DNA of 64,000 nucleotides from a virus: IMG/VR virus record IMGVR_UViG_3300036768_000843, positions 30,994 to 94,993 of that record; one strand, 5' to 3'. Shown piece by piece: positions 18,040 to 28,026 of this stretch (position 1 is its first letter; each line of letters starts with the position of its first letter). The notes under the pieces were generated by a model. It saw only the letters and a program-made list of their open reading frames with translations, ran no database searches and was not told where the DNA came from. The position numbers and the translations under genes were made by a program.

Positions 18040-19932
18040 CTACTTCACCTCCACGTCAAAGGCCTGCGAGGTGTCGTTGCCGAAGATGTCGATCACCTTG
18101 ACGAGGATGTGGTACTTGCCCGCCTTCTCGTAGGTGTGCGGGTCGGAGACGAGCGGGAGCTTGCGCTCCTTGCGGGTCCGGTAGGCGACCCAGCCCTGCA
18201 TGAAGGTGTCGTTCCGGAAGTCCCAGTCCACTGCCCAGTAGTCGATGTAGTCCGACCACTTCTTGATCTTGCTGCGCACGTCCTCGGGAATCAGCTCGGT
18301 GTTGGGGATGACGAAGTCCTTGAGCGCCACCTGCGCGGTAAGCTTCTTCGGCTGCTTGATCTCGGCTTCGAGGTAGGCCAGCTCGAAGAAACGCACGTCG
18401 CCCTTCGCGGCGGCCTGCTGCTCCATCACCTCGCGCGGGATCTGCAGGAGCCGGAGCTCCACGCCCTTCTTCTTCGCCGCCTCGACCATCAGGTCGTACA
18501 GGCCCATCTCCCACTCCCAGCAGAGCACGTGCAGTTCGCCCTGTTTGAGCTTCGCGCACTCGTCCACCGCCGCGTCGATCTCGGCGATGGTCACCGGCGC
18601 ATCCACCGCGCCGATGTGGACCATGGCCTTCCCCTTCTTGCCGTGCAGGTGGGCCATCCCCGCGACCGGCTGCGCGCCGTAAAGCTTGAGGATGAACGCC
18701 AGGTACTCGTAGAGTTTCTGCTCAGTGACGGATTTGTCCTTCTTGTCACCGAACGTCACGCCCTGCCAGTACTGGCGCTCGTACTTGCCGAGGTTCAGCA
18801 CCTCGAAGGGCTTGCAGTTCTCGATGCCGAGTAGCCGCTTGCGGGTGACATGGATCGCCCAGCGGCCCAGATCGCAGCCGATCCAGCGGCGGCCGAGCTT
18901 CTCGGCGACGGCAAGCGTGGTGCCGGAGCCACAGAAGAAGTCGGCGACCAAACCGCTTTCAGGTGACAAAGCTCCTATAATTCTGTGAAGTAGTTTTTCC
19001 GGTTTTTGAGTAGGGAATCCGGTTCGCTCCGGGTCTTTTTGCTGGAGGTGATTGATTCCGAGCCATACGTCAGGGACAAGGACCGGCTCATCGTCGTAAT
19101 AGACGTACACCTTCCCGGCAGACTTGATAGTTCGATAGACTCGCCCATCCTTGTCAACGCAACGCTTTAGGTTGTTCCACTTGTCAAGAGTGGTGCCACA
19201 CTCTTGACAAACGTTTCGAGGCACTGACGCTTTCTTGCTATCAAAATATGGTACATCACCTTTGCAATACCAAAGTAGCGAGTCATGCTTCCGTGGAAAA
19301 AATTCTTGTGAAATCCCTCCGCTGTGGTAGTGCCACACAATCTCATTGCGAAAGTGTTCAGCGCCGAAAGTTTCGTCTAGCAAGAGTCTGATCTGCGAAA
19401 CTAATCTGTAGTCCACGTGTACGACGAGGCTGCCACTTGGAGATACCAATTCATACATTCTTCGCAGCCGCGGTAAGATCATTGAGAGATAAGAATAAGT
19501 TCCGCCACCCCACGTATCGCGATACGCAAGTTCTTCAAGGATTGATTGTTCCTTCTCTATTTCAAATCCTTCATTCCCTACCTGCGCAAGAAAACTGAAA
19601 TCCGTCCCGGTTGCAAACGGCGGGTCGATGTAGATGAGGTCGATCTTTCCGGCGAACTTCTCTAAGAGCGACCCCATCACCAGCAGGTTGTCGCCCCAGA
19701 TGAGTTTGTTCCGCCAGCCTTCCTCGAAGGTGTCACCCTCCTTGCCCTCGTAGACGTCGAAGAGCGACTGCTGCACGCCGCCCTTCTTCGCTTCGCGCGT
19801 GGCGCGGCTCTCGTTGACGGTCGCGATGACCTGGAAGGGCAGGCTGACGCGCGGCACTTCCTTGAGCGTGCCGTCGTCGTTGTACTTGCCGGGCCACACT
19901 AGCTCGGTTTTCGTGATTTCGATCCTCGCCAT
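18040..19932 (-). CDS. Orphan N6/N4 DNA methyltransferase (Mod-like)
   Basis: IDLIYIDPPF, FPTQKPE, DFFCGSGTT; GAGGAG RBS before MARIEITK; no restriction gene adjacent. Confidence 0.9.
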   Translation of the reverse strand: MARIEITKTELVWPGKYNDDGTLKEVPRVSLPFQVIATVNESRATREAKKGGVQQSLFDVYEGKEGDTFEEGWRNKLIWGDNLLVMGSLLEKFAGKIDLIYIDPPFATGTDFSFLAQVGNEGFEIEKEQSILEELAYRDTWGGGTYSYLSMILPRLRRMYELVSPSGSLVVHVDYRLVSQIRLLLDETFGAEHFRNEIVWHYHSGGISQEFFPRKHDSLLWYCKGDVPYFDSKKASVPRNVCQECGTTLDKWNNLKRCVDKDGRVYRTIKSAGKVYVYYDDEPVLVPDVWLGINHLQQKDPERTGFPTQKPEKLLHRIIGALSPESGLVADFFCGSGTTLAVAEKLGRRWIGCDLGRWAIHVTRKRLLGIENCKPFEVLNLGKYERQYWQGVTFGDKKDKSVTEQKLYEYLAFILKLYGAQPVAGMAHLHGKKGKAMVHIGAVDAPVTIAEIDAAVDECAKLKQGELHVLCWEWEMGLYDLMVEAAKKKGVELRLLQIPREVMEQQAAAKGDVRFFELAYLEAEIKQPKKLTAQVALKDFVIPNTELIPEDVRSKIKKWSDYIDYWAVDWDFRNDTFMQGWVAYRTRKERKLPLVSDPHTYEKAGKYHILVKVIDIFGNDTSQAFDVEVK

Positions 19933-20004
19933 GGGGCTCCTCGTCAATCCGCTCCCGTGATGATGCCTTCGCTGCATCCGCAGGTCGCACTCCGTGCAGA
20001 TCGC

Positions 20005-20105
20005 CGGCTCGTCGTCCGCGACCTGCGTCGCGTAGAGCACGGCACCGGTCCAGCGGTTCTTGATCTCGACGGTCTTCATCGGTTCTTGATCTCGATGGTC
20101 TTCAT
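20005..20105 (-). pseudogene. 5' remnant of a pentapeptide-repeat gene with duplicated start
   Basis: MKTIEIKNR* followed by [23 protein letters not shown], in frame with the MTase. Confidence 0.8.
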
Positions 20106-20767
20106 TGGGCACCTCCCTGGTCGTGCGCACACGCGACGATGTCGGCGAGCGCATCCTCGTCGCTCGCGTAGAAGTCCGGCACGCGCCCCGTCGAGCGGTG
20201 GTAGATGAGCGCACCGGCAGCGGCCGTCCCGATCTTTGCTTCGAGCTTGCGGCCAGCGTCACCGGCCAGCACCACAGCCCAGCCTGCGCGACAGTGTGTT
20301 GTCTCGCACGTGTGCCAGACGTTCATGCGGAGTGAGCCTTCGCCGGATTCAATTCGTTCGAGGATCTGGGCATCGAGCCTCGGAACAACCGGCACGTCCA
20401 CGTACCTCACACCGCAGAGGTTCACGCCGGAGAGGTCCGCGCCGGAGAGGTTCGCGTTGGTGAGGTCCGCGCCGAAGAGATCCGCGCCGGAGAGGTTCGC
20501 GTTGGAGAGGTCCGCGCCGAAGAGGTCCGCGCAGACGAAGAAAGCGCCGACGAGGTTCGCGGAGCAAAGGTAAATGCCGGCGAGGTTCGCGTAGGTGAGG
20601 TCTGCACCGGAGAGGTTCGCGTTGGTGAGGTCCGCGTCGGAGAGGTTCACGCCGTCGGTAACCGCTTTCTCTAGGGCCGTTCGGATCGGGTATCGATCGT
20701 CGTCAGCGACCTGCATCGCGTAGATCACGGCACCGGTCCAGCGGTTCTTGATCTCGATGGTCTTCAT
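20102..20767 (-). CDS. Pentapeptide-repeat protein
   Basis: Same N- and C-terminal domains, fewer repeats. Confidence 0.9.
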   Translation of the reverse strand: MKTIEIKNRWTGAVIYAMQVADDDRYPIRTALEKAVTDGVNLSDADLTNANLSGADLTYANLAGIYLCSANLVGAFFVCADLFGADLSNANLSGADLFGADLTNANLSGADLSGVNLCGVRYVDVPVVPRLDAQILERIESGEGSLRMNVWHTCETTHCRAGWAVVLAGDAGRKLEAKIGTAAAGALIYHRSTGRVPDFYASDEDALADIVACAHDQGGAQ

Positions 20768-21459
20768 CGGGTACCTCCCTGGTCGCGCGCACACGCGACG
20801 ATGTCGGCGAGCGCATCCTTGTTGCTCGCGTAGAAGTCCGGCACGCGCCCCGTCGAGCGATGGTAGATGAGCGCACCGGCAGCGGCCGTCCCAATCTTTG
20901 CTTCGAGGTTGCGGCCAGCGTCACCGGCCAACACCACAGCCCAGCCTGCGCGACAGTGCGTAGTCTCGCACGTGTGCCAGGCGGTCATATTGAGCTGGCC
21001 GTCTCCGGATTCGATCAGCTTGAGGATCTTGGCGTCAAGTCCTCGAACAACCGGCACGCCTTCATACTTTGCGCTGGCGAGGTTCGCGCCGGTGAGGTTC
21101 ACGCCGCGGAGGTTCGTGCCGGTGAGGTTCGTGCCGGTGAGGTTCGCACCGACGAGGTTCGCGCCGACGAGGTGCGCACTGACGAGGTTCGCGCTGGAGA
21201 GGTTCGCGCCGATGAGGTTCGCGCTGGTGAGGTTCGCGCTGGAGAGGTTCGCGCCGGAGAGGTCCGCGTCGATGAGGTACGCGCCGACGAGGTACGCGCC
21301 GGAGAGGTTCGTGCCGACGAGGTCCGCGCCATAGAGGTACGCGCCGGAGGCTACCGCTTTCTCCAACGCCGTTCGGATCGGGTACGGATCGTCGTCCGCG
21401 ACTTGTGTCGCGTAGATCACGTTGCCGGTCCAGCGATTCTTGATCTCGACGGTCTTCAT
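20764..21459 (-). CDS. Pentapeptide-repeat protein
   Basis: AAGGAGG RBS; same architecture. Confidence 0.9.
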   Translation of the reverse strand: MKTVEIKNRWTGNVIYATQVADDDPYPIRTALEKAVASGAYLYGADLVGTNLSGAYLVGAYLIDADLSGANLSSANLTSANLIGANLSSANLVSAHLVGANLVGANLTGTNLTGTNLRGVNLTGANLASAKYEGVPVVRGLDAKILKLIESGDGQLNMTAWHTCETTHCRAGWAVVLAGDAGRNLEAKIGTAAAGALIYHRSTGRVPDFYASNKDALADIVACARDQGGTR

Positions 21460-21522
21460 GTTTCCTCCTTGTGGTCGGCAATGCCGATCACGCCGCGCAC
21501 TCCTGGGGTGCTTGCGGATCCG

Positions 21523-22599
21523 CTATCTCGCTTCCGTAGGGAGCATCGCTCGCTGGACTCGCGCGAGCACACTGGTCTGCGCCTTCTTGCCCTGCGACAA
21601 CCACCGGCTCGGGCTTGTCGGTTTGTGCATGCGCGTCAGGAGCACTCGTGCGCAAGCAGCGCCAATCTCCGGCACGAGTCGATCTGCATAGATCCACGCG
21701 CACCAGAGATCTCTTTCGGCCACGCGCGTGAGCAGACCGACCGCTGCGATCTGTCGATCTCTTTGTTCGGGGACGATCGCTTTTTGAGGATCGCGGAGGA
21801 TCTCGTCGATCGAGGGTAGATACTTGCGCATCTTGCGGATGCCGAGGAAAGCAGAGGCCTTCGCTTCCCCAACCGCACCCGCAAGGATTGCGTAGCTGAC
21901 ATCGTCATCGTCTCGACCGTCACCAATTCCTGCGCGGTCGCAGTAGGCCGCGTAAGCGCGCAACCCGCGCTCCCAAGCGCGAGGGCTCGCGAACGGCGCC
22001 CCAGCGTCGATTGCGGTGCGTGGAGGTACCATTTCGATGAGGTCGGGGGCGACGGCGAGCGTTGCCGAGAAGTCACGGAACTCCTCGCGCAGGCGAGATC
22101 CCTCGTCGCCGATCGTCTCGTCTTCGAGCGTGGGTTGATAGTCTACGAGCTTGATGACTCGGTTGACGGTCGCAGCCGTCAGCTCGACGCCGCTCGGACA
22201 CTCCTCGGGACGATTCGCTGCGCCAATGATGCAGCTTTCGGCATGCAACATCGAGTCTCCCGCGATGCCTTCGAGCAAAAGGCGCATCAACGGTGCTTGC
22301 ACGGAGACGGGTACGCTGGTTAGTTCGTCGAGAAACAGAACCCCCGGCGCGTCGACGCAGGCTTTGATCTGCGGCAACAGGGCACGTCGCAGCTCGCCGT
22401 TCACGACGTAAGGCAGACCGGCGATGTCGACGGCGTCGCAGTTGCTGCAGATCAGCTCGTGGCATGGCCGATCGAGTTCATGTGCGACGGCGCGTACGAG
22501 GGAGGTCTTTCCCAGGCCCGGGGAACCGACGAGCAGCGGCGTGACTCTCGCTTCGATGCAGGCTAGGAGCGCTTGTTTGGCTTGCGCAAAAGACAGCAC
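21523..22599 (-). CDS. MoxR-like AAA+ ATPase
   Basis: GSPGLGKT, LFLDEL, AANR, SPRAWE; usual partner of DUF2201-VWA. Confidence 0.85.
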   Translation of the reverse strand: MLSFAQAKQALLACIEARVTPLLVGSPGLGKTSLVRAVAHELDRPCHELICSNCDAVDIAGLPYVVNGELRRALLPQIKACVDAPGVLFLDELTSVPVSVQAPLMRLLLEGIAGDSMLHAESCIIGAANRPEECPSGVELTAATVNRVIKLVDYQPTLEDETIGDEGSRLREEFRDFSATLAVAPDLIEMVPPRTAIDAGAPFASPRAWERGLRAYAAYCDRAGIGDGRDDDDVSYAILAGAVGEAKASAFLGIRKMRKYLPSIDEILRDPQKAIVPEQRDRQIAAVGLLTRVAERDLWCAWIYADRLVPEIGAACARVLLTRMHKPTSPSRWLSQGKKAQTSVLARVQRAMLPTEAR

Positions 22600-22682
22600 G
22601 TCCCAACCGTGCCGGCCAGCCCGTTACTTGTCAAGATCTTCATCGCATCTTGCGAACGGAGCTTCGTATCTCGCTCGAATCG

Positions 22683-23177
22683 TCAACGATGACGACGATC
22701 AGCCCGTGAGAGAACCGGCGGCGCGGGGCACATCAAGCGATAGCGCTTGCAGCCGCTGCGCCCGATCGCGAATGCGTCCGGTGGCAATCCCTTCTCGACC
22801 ATCGACCGAGGCACTTTGGTGACGCAGACGGCGCGTCCCTTCTGGACTTGTTTCTGCCAGAAGCGATCGGTCATCTCGGATCGATAGATGTCGCTGTGCA
22901 GCGGTTTGCGGAACACGCGGCAGGCGAACTGAGCGGCTTGTTCGTAGAGCTGCGTGCCCACGCCACAACGCTGCAACTCGGGCTTGACGCGGATGTTGGC
23001 TACGTAGGGCACGTTCCCGACGGGATCCTTTTCGAGGAACACCTCGCCGACGGATTCGTCTCCAGCGTACGCGCGAATGAGCGCGCTGCCGCGCGCCCGC
23101 ATTTTTTCAAACGTGATCACTGGACAAGTCTCGCGTCCGAGTACGGATTGCTTGCGCTTTCGACGGAAGGCTTTCAT
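22683..23177 (-). CDS. GNAT-like acetyltransferase with basic N-terminal leader
   Basis: IRVKPELQRCGVGTQLY acetyl-CoA-binding motif; FW motif. Confidence 0.65.
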   Translation of the reverse strand: MKAFRRKRKQSVLGRETCPVITFEKMRARGSALIRAYAGDESVGEVFLEKDPVGNVPYVANIRVKPELQRCGVGTQLYEQAAQFACRVFRKPLHSDIYRSEMTDRFWQKQVQKGRAVCVTKVPRSMVEKGLPPDAFAIGRSGCKRYRLMCPAPPVLSRADRRHR

Positions 23178-23185
23178 CCGGAGAA

Positions 23186-23539
23186 TCATCGCCGATCCGT
23201 TGGCGCTTGGCGAGGCGATCTCCGTGCGAGTGGCAAGCTCGCCGCGAGCGGTCGCACGCGCAGGTTCTTGCGATCCCAATTCCACGGGTCGCCGTCGATC
23301 GGCGTGACAGCCTGCCCGCGCGTGATCCACGGCGAGAACGAGCCGTCGGCGTGTCGGCCCAGGCCTGCCTCGCTGGCTGCCAGGCGCAGGACCGGCACGT
23401 GGCCGCTCGACGTGGCGAGCGGATGTCCGGGCCAGTGGACGTAGGGTGCGCCGTGCGCCCGGACGACGACGTCCAGCTCGGTTCCGTCGCGGCAGACGTA
23501 GACGACGCCCGAACGGGGGAGAGGACCGCGCCGACCCAT
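23186..23539 (-). CDS. Degenerate HNH-like protein
   Basis: VTPIDGDPWNWDRKNL resembles the HNH_3 H.DG...N....NL motif without the His. Confidence 0.4.
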   Translation of the reverse strand: MGRRGPLPRSGVVYVCRDGTELDVVVRAHGAPYVHWPGHPLATSSGHVPVLRLAASEAGLGRHADGSFSPWITRGQAVTPIDGDPWNWDRKNLRVRPLAASLPLARRSPRQAPTDRR

Positions 23540-23656
23540 GGTTTCCCTTTTCTCATCGGGACTTGGGCGCGTCAACACTCCCCCGAGGGCTCGCGCACAC
23601 CGTCGAGGAAACTGTATAAATGCTTGAAATCATTAAGGAAATCAGGGATCTGGGAC

Positions 23657-23682
23657 TTCAACACTCTTCGACGAGTGTTGAA
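23657..23682. promoter_or_regulatory. Perfect 10-6-10 inverted repeat upstream of recombinase
   Basis: ttcaacactc-ttcgac-gagtgttgaa; extra tcaacactc half-site at 23572. Confidence 0.6.
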
Positions 23683-23710
23683 CCCCCGGTCCGCGTAGAC
23701 TCGGAAGCCC

Positions 23711-24595
23711 GTGCAGCATCCTCTCCTATCCGCGATCGATTCCAACCGCCAGCTCTCGGCTCGAACGAAGACCCTCTACCGCGAGTGCGTCGAAAGCTTC
23801 CTCGCGTACGCCATCCCGAAGGCCGGCACAGACCCGTCGAAGTACACGCTGTCGATCGTCGAAAGCTGGTTCGACGAGTTGGAGCGCGGCGGCCGGCAGC
23901 CGCAGACCGTGAGTGTCTACCGCAAGGCGATCCGGCACGCCTCGCGTCGCTACTCGCAGCTCGAACGGCGGCCCGATTTGGACTTCGCGGCTGCCGCAAC
24001 CTGCAACAAGGCCAGGCCAGGTGCGCCGCGCGAGCCGCTCTCGTTCGACGAGGCCGCACGGCTTTTGGCGACGTGCAGCTCCGACTCGCTGGTCGACATT
24101 CGCGACCGCGCGCTGATCACGCTCGCGCTGCGCACAGGACTGCGCCGAGGCGGCCTGGTCGCGCTCGACATCGAGGGGATTCACCCGCCCAAGATCACGA
24201 CGCTCAAGAAAGGCGGCGATCTGATCACGTTCGAAGCCGACCAGGAAACCTTCACCGCGCTCGACGCCTGGCTCGATGTGCTGAAGCGTTCCGGCGCGAC
24301 GACGGGTCCGGTTTTTCGTGAAGTGCAGGGAAATCGAATTGGCGATCGGATATCGCCGTTTCGCGTCTGGTACGTGTTCCGACGACGCGCACAACAAGCT
24401 GGGATCCGTCACGTGTTCCCGCACCTGGCGCGCCACTCGCTCGTGACGTGGCTACGCGAAGCGGGCCTGTCACCGGCCGAGGTGTCCAAGCTCACCGGCC
24501 AGACCGAGCGGACGATCGAGGACATCTACACGCACGTGCGAACGCGCGGCTCGGTCAGCGCCGTGTTGCCGTCGCTGGGTAAGGCTAAATCGTGA
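23711..24595 (+). CDS. XerC/D-like tyrosine recombinase
   Basis: RDRAL..L..TGLRR, KKGG, PHLARHS, IYTH. Confidence 0.88.
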   Translation: MQHPLLSAIDSNRQLSARTKTLYRECVESFLAYAIPKAGTDPSKYTLSIVESWFDELERGGRQPQTVSVYRKAIRHASRRYSQLERRPDLDFAAAATCNKARPGAPREPLSFDEAARLLATCSSDSLVDIRDRALITLALRTGLRRGGLVALDIEGIHPPKITTLKKGGDLITFEADQETFTALDAWLDVLKRSGATTGPVFREVQGNRIGDRISPFRVWYVFRRRAQQAGIRHVFPHLARHSLVTWLREAGLSPAEVSKLTGQTERTIEDIYTHVRTRGSVSAVLPSLGKAKS

Positions 24596-24634
24596 GAGCG
24601 CGGCTCGGACTGGAGAATCTCTTGGTCACCCAGC

Positions 24635-25189
24635 CTACCGCGAACGACGCCTACGCCGTTTCACTCCTTCGAAGCCGATCACGAGGCCCTGGTCCCGCAG
24701 TCCTGTACAACTGTCGGCACCGACGATCACATGGTCACGGATCGGAATGCCGAGGAGCTTCCCTGCCCCGATGAGCCTTCGCGTTATCTCCAGGTCTTGT
24801 TCACTCGGCTTGGGGCTGCCGGAAGGATGGTTGTGGCCGATGAGCAGAGCAGCGGCGTTGGTCAGGATCGCGCTCTTGAAGACCTCGCGCGGATGCACTT
24901 CGACGTGGGCGATCCCGCCCTTGGCAACTTCCTCGACGCCAAGGACGCGATTCTGCGCATCAAGATGGATTGCGTAGAAGCTCTCGCGGTCGGCCTGTGC
25001 CGCCGCACGCAAGATACGGCAGGCATCTTTGGCAGCGCGAAGCTGAGCACCAGGTTTCTCTGGCCGGGTGACGCAAACACGAATCGCCTTGCCCGGTGCC
25101 ACAGGCCCGCACTCCACGGCGCGACCAAGCCCGTAGGGCGCGAGCTTGATCTTCGCAACACGTACGTCTCCGAACCTGCGGCGCTTCAC
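24635..25189 (-). CDS. RadC/JAB-domain protein with Arg-rich ends
   Basis: VHPREVFK, HNHPSGSPKPSEQD, DHVIVG. Confidence 0.88.
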   Translation of the reverse strand: MKRRRFGDVRVAKIKLAPYGLGRAVECGPVAPGKAIRVCVTRPEKPGAQLRAAKDACRILRAAAQADRESFYAIHLDAQNRVLGVEEVAKGGIAHVEVHPREVFKSAILTNAAALLIGHNHPSGSPKPSEQDLEITRRLIGAGKLLGIPIRDHVIVGADSCTGLRDQGLVIGFEGVKRRRRRSR

Positions 25190-25466
25190 GACCGCGAGCA
25201 AGAATAGCCTACGGAGATGACTCCGACAAGCTCTCACTAGTTACTTGCGAAGTTCGCGCGGCGCTGATTCACAGCAAGATGACCAAGCATTCCGTCGCAG
25301 GTTCGACGAGCCAAACGAAGGCGCGGTTATCTTGTGATGCCCGGTGCCGCAGCGCTCGGACGTAGTTGACCGTGACGTAGTTTCTTCTCACGCTTTGCCA
25401 ACGGTAGCAAAGCTCGCGGATCTCGTCAGGTAAAGGTCAGGTAGCTCGTGTAGTATCTCTTCATCC

Positions 25467-26360
25467 GTGCAAGCACTCGGCACTGCTCCGGACTGCTACC
25501 CTCGCTGGCACGCGGATTTCGCGCCGCTCGCTGCTGAACCGCAGATCACGGTGTTTTCAGGGTGCGGCGTCGACGCTCTGGGCAACGTTGCGTGCGCGCC
25601 CGAGGTCATGCGCGCGCGGGCCGAAGCGCAGCTCCAGCGCATCGCACCGAGGCTGTTTCGAGGCCCCCTTTCGCTCGAAACCTACACACTCGCGCGTTAC
25701 ATGCAGTCTGAGGTCGGCGACGGCACGATCGAAGAGCGCGTCGCGGTCGGTGAGGCCGCCGTCAACCGCGCGCGACGCGAGCGTCTGCGGCGCGGCGTGC
25801 TCGACCTGCTCTTGTATCGCCAGCTGCCGGGTCACCCGAACTACGGATTCTACGGTCCGATTCATGACCGGCCCGAGGGCTGCGCCGCGCGTGGCCTACC
25901 CAAGTTTTGCGCGCCGTTCGGCCGCTGGGCGTCGACGGCCAAAGATCCGACGGTGCTGACGCTCCTACTCGCTGACTTGGTCATGTCGAACCGCAGCGGC
26001 AACTTCGCGCGCGGTGCCGACGATCAAGTTGGGTTGGAGTACAAAGAGACGTTTTCCGATCCGGCCGCGTACGTGCGCGCGAAAGCCGCACAGGGTAGCT
26101 ACTGGGTCGGACCGCTTCCGGGCGTCGATCATTGGCGGACGTTTCTCACGCGCGAGCTGAACATCGAACCCTCGACGCCGATCGGTGCAGCGCTGCTCGC
26201 GCAAGGCCTTGCCGCCGTCTCGTCGCGCAAGGCCCCGCCCGTCGCGCTACCGATCTGTCCCGTGTCCGAAAACCGACGGGTCGCGAGAGCGTTGCTCGCG
26301 ATCGTCGGGCTAGCTGGTGCCGCTGGGCTGTCGTGGCTTGCGATACGAGGATCGGTCTAG
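25467..26360 (+). CDS. Cell-wall hydrolase (SleB/Hydrolase_2-like), C-terminal TM
   Basis: LARYMQSEVG...ERVAVGEAAVNR motif; hydrophobic C-terminus. Confidence 0.65.
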   Translation: MQALGTAPDCYPRWHADFAPLAAEPQITVFSGCGVDALGNVACAPEVMRARAEAQLQRIAPRLFRGPLSLETYTLARYMQSEVGDGTIEERVAVGEAAVNRARRERLRRGVLDLLLYRQLPGHPNYGFYGPIHDRPEGCAARGLPKFCAPFGRWASTAKDPTVLTLLLADLVMSNRSGNFARGADDQVGLEYKETFSDPAAYVRAKAAQGSYWVGPLPGVDHWRTFLTRELNIEPSTPIGAALLAQGLAAVSSRKAPPVALPICPVSENRRVARALLAIVGLAGAAGLSWLAIRGSV

Positions 26361-26749
26361 TTGGGCCGGTATCTTGCCCAGTTTCGCTTGTACTCTTCGA
26401 GCAGCGTTCGCGCGACGCCGATGTAACAGCTATCGGCTTTCGTGTTGAACCAGCATGCGTCTGCTTCAGCTTCGCCGGGGATATCGCTTGCATGTTTGTT
26501 CAAACAAATATCCAAGATCCCGGAATAGAGATGTCCGTGGCGCACGTGCGCTGCCAACTCTCGACGGTCTACGGTTGACTCGTCGTCGAGGAGGGCGTCT
26601 TTCAGACGTGCTGCTCGGTCCAAGCAAAGCCACCGCTCGCGTTTCGTCAGCTTGTCAGGATCGGGATCGCAGTCCTTGCGCGATACGTAAATTCTGACCG
26701 CGGCGATCGACACGAGCGCCACGAGTAGAGATAGCCAAAACCAACGCAT
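26357..26749 (-). CDS. Small secreted or membrane Cys-containing protein (possible immunity protein)
   Basis: N-terminal signal-like helix; directly downstream of the PGKRTL protein. Confidence 0.6.
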   Translation of the reverse strand: MRWFWLSLLVALVSIAAVRIYVSRKDCDPDPDKLTKRERWLCLDRAARLKDALLDDESTVDRRELAAHVRHGHLYSGILDICLNKHASDIPGEAEADACWFNTKADSCYIGVARTLLEEYKRNWARYRPN

Positions 26750-26758
26750 CGACCTTCT

Positions 26759-27976
26759 CTACTTTCCGCTTTGCAGCTTGGAGCGCATGACAGCTGGATC
26801 GACGCCTGCAGACTTGAGCATCGCGACGTAGCCGTCGTCGATGACCGGTGTTTTGCCAAAACGTGCTTCGGATACGGCAATTGCAACGTCGCAGAACTCG
26901 TCGGGGACGGGCCGGTCGAGCTGCAATTCCCCGTGGTTGGTGCGGCCGTTCGCGTAGTAACTACCCTGTACGGCGTACCATGACCTCTGCTTGCCGTAGA
27001 TGTCCTGCACCAAGATGACGCGCGTCGTTGTTTCGAGGTGCCCCTCGAAAAGCTGCGTGCGCCCGTGGCCGATCTCGGGTACGCCAGACTGCTTGAAGCG
27101 CGCCAGCTTGGCGTTCAATTCGTTGACGTACTTGCTTGTCTGGTGAAGCGCCGGGTCGAACATCTCGTAGAGAACCACCAGATCTGCATCGGATGCGCGG
27201 GCGAGCGCGTTGATCGCAAACTGCTCGAAGTGAATATCGCAGCTATCGCGAAGGCTGTTGAGATACGCCTCCTCGGTGCGCACTTCTGCCGTGCTGGCGG
27301 TGTTTTGATATTGCCTGGCAGCTTCTTTGAGCCGTGGCAAAGCAAAGCCGGTCGCTACGCGCACGGCAGTGTCGATCCGGACGGACGTAGCGGCATGAAG
27401 CGCCGCCATCGCTCGGCGTTGCCATTCGCTGCTATCCGCCCCGTACATCATGTCGGTGACGCCCAAGCTCCAGAGCTTGCGAAGTCCCTTCTCGCGAAGC
27501 CCCTTGAGCGCGGCGGCAGCAACGAGCGAGAAATGCGCGCCAATCAAGTCGAAAGCAAGATTGGCTAGCCAGTGCAGCTCGTCTGATTTCTTCGTCAAAA
27601 GGTGGAGCTTGACGTCTCCGATCGCGTCCTTGTAGTTCTCGCGCGCCGCTGCGATGCGATCCCTGACCCAGCCCGCGAACCGATCGCGATCCCTCTCGGA
27701 CAGAAAGCATCCCGGAGTCGCCGAATTCGCGTCGCACGCCGTCCCGTAGAGGACGTAATCGTTGTCGACGTAACGCGACTGAACTGCAGCCTGCTCGACC
27801 AGCGTCCGCTTGCCTGGCGTGCCTGCCAGGTAGTTTAGCCATTGCCCCGGCGAGTGCGGATCATCCACCAGTGTCTGCTTGCCAGGTGTGGAACCGACCG
27901 TCGCTTGGTCATGGCTATCATGGCTACGCGACTGGTGACTGCGGCTACGTTGATCGAAATCGAAATCGCTACCCAT
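26759..27976 (-). CDS. PGK[RQ]TL-motif protein, possible secreted effector
   Basis: Disordered N-terminus with PGKQTL and PGKRTL; GGAGG RBS before MGSDF. Confidence 0.6.
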   Translation of the reverse strand: MGSDFDFDQRSRSHQSRSHDSHDQATVGSTPGKQTLVDDPHSPGQWLNYLAGTPGKRTLVEQAAVQSRYVDNDYVLYGTACDANSATPGCFLSERDRDRFAGWVRDRIAAARENYKDAIGDVKLHLLTKKSDELHWLANLAFDLIGAHFSLVAAAALKGLREKGLRKLWSLGVTDMMYGADSSEWQRRAMAALHAATSVRIDTAVRVATGFALPRLKEAARQYQNTASTAEVRTEEAYLNSLRDSCDIHFEQFAINALARASDADLVVLYEMFDPALHQTSKYVNELNAKLARFKQSGVPEIGHGRTQLFEGHLETTTRVILVQDIYGKQRSWYAVQGSYYANGRTNHGELQLDRPVPDEFCDVAIAVSEARFGKTPVIDDGYVAMLKSAGVDPAVMRSKLQSGK

Positions 27977-28026
27977 CTCAAACCTCCCGGCGAACTTCGC
28001 GTTCGCCCATAGCACTCGTCCGTCTT

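Noticed and set aside
18040-20262. 740 aa MTase as listed in the ORF track
   Set aside because: The upstream extension runs through pentapeptide-gene remnants; the RBS supports a start at 19932
10118-21459. Diversity-generating retroelement (RT plus pentapeptide paralogs varying at AAC codons)
   Set aside because: The RT has retron motifs (NAxxH, VTG, QG..TSP), no Avd or TR/VR pair was seen, and N/D/Y/H variation is normal for pentapeptide repeats
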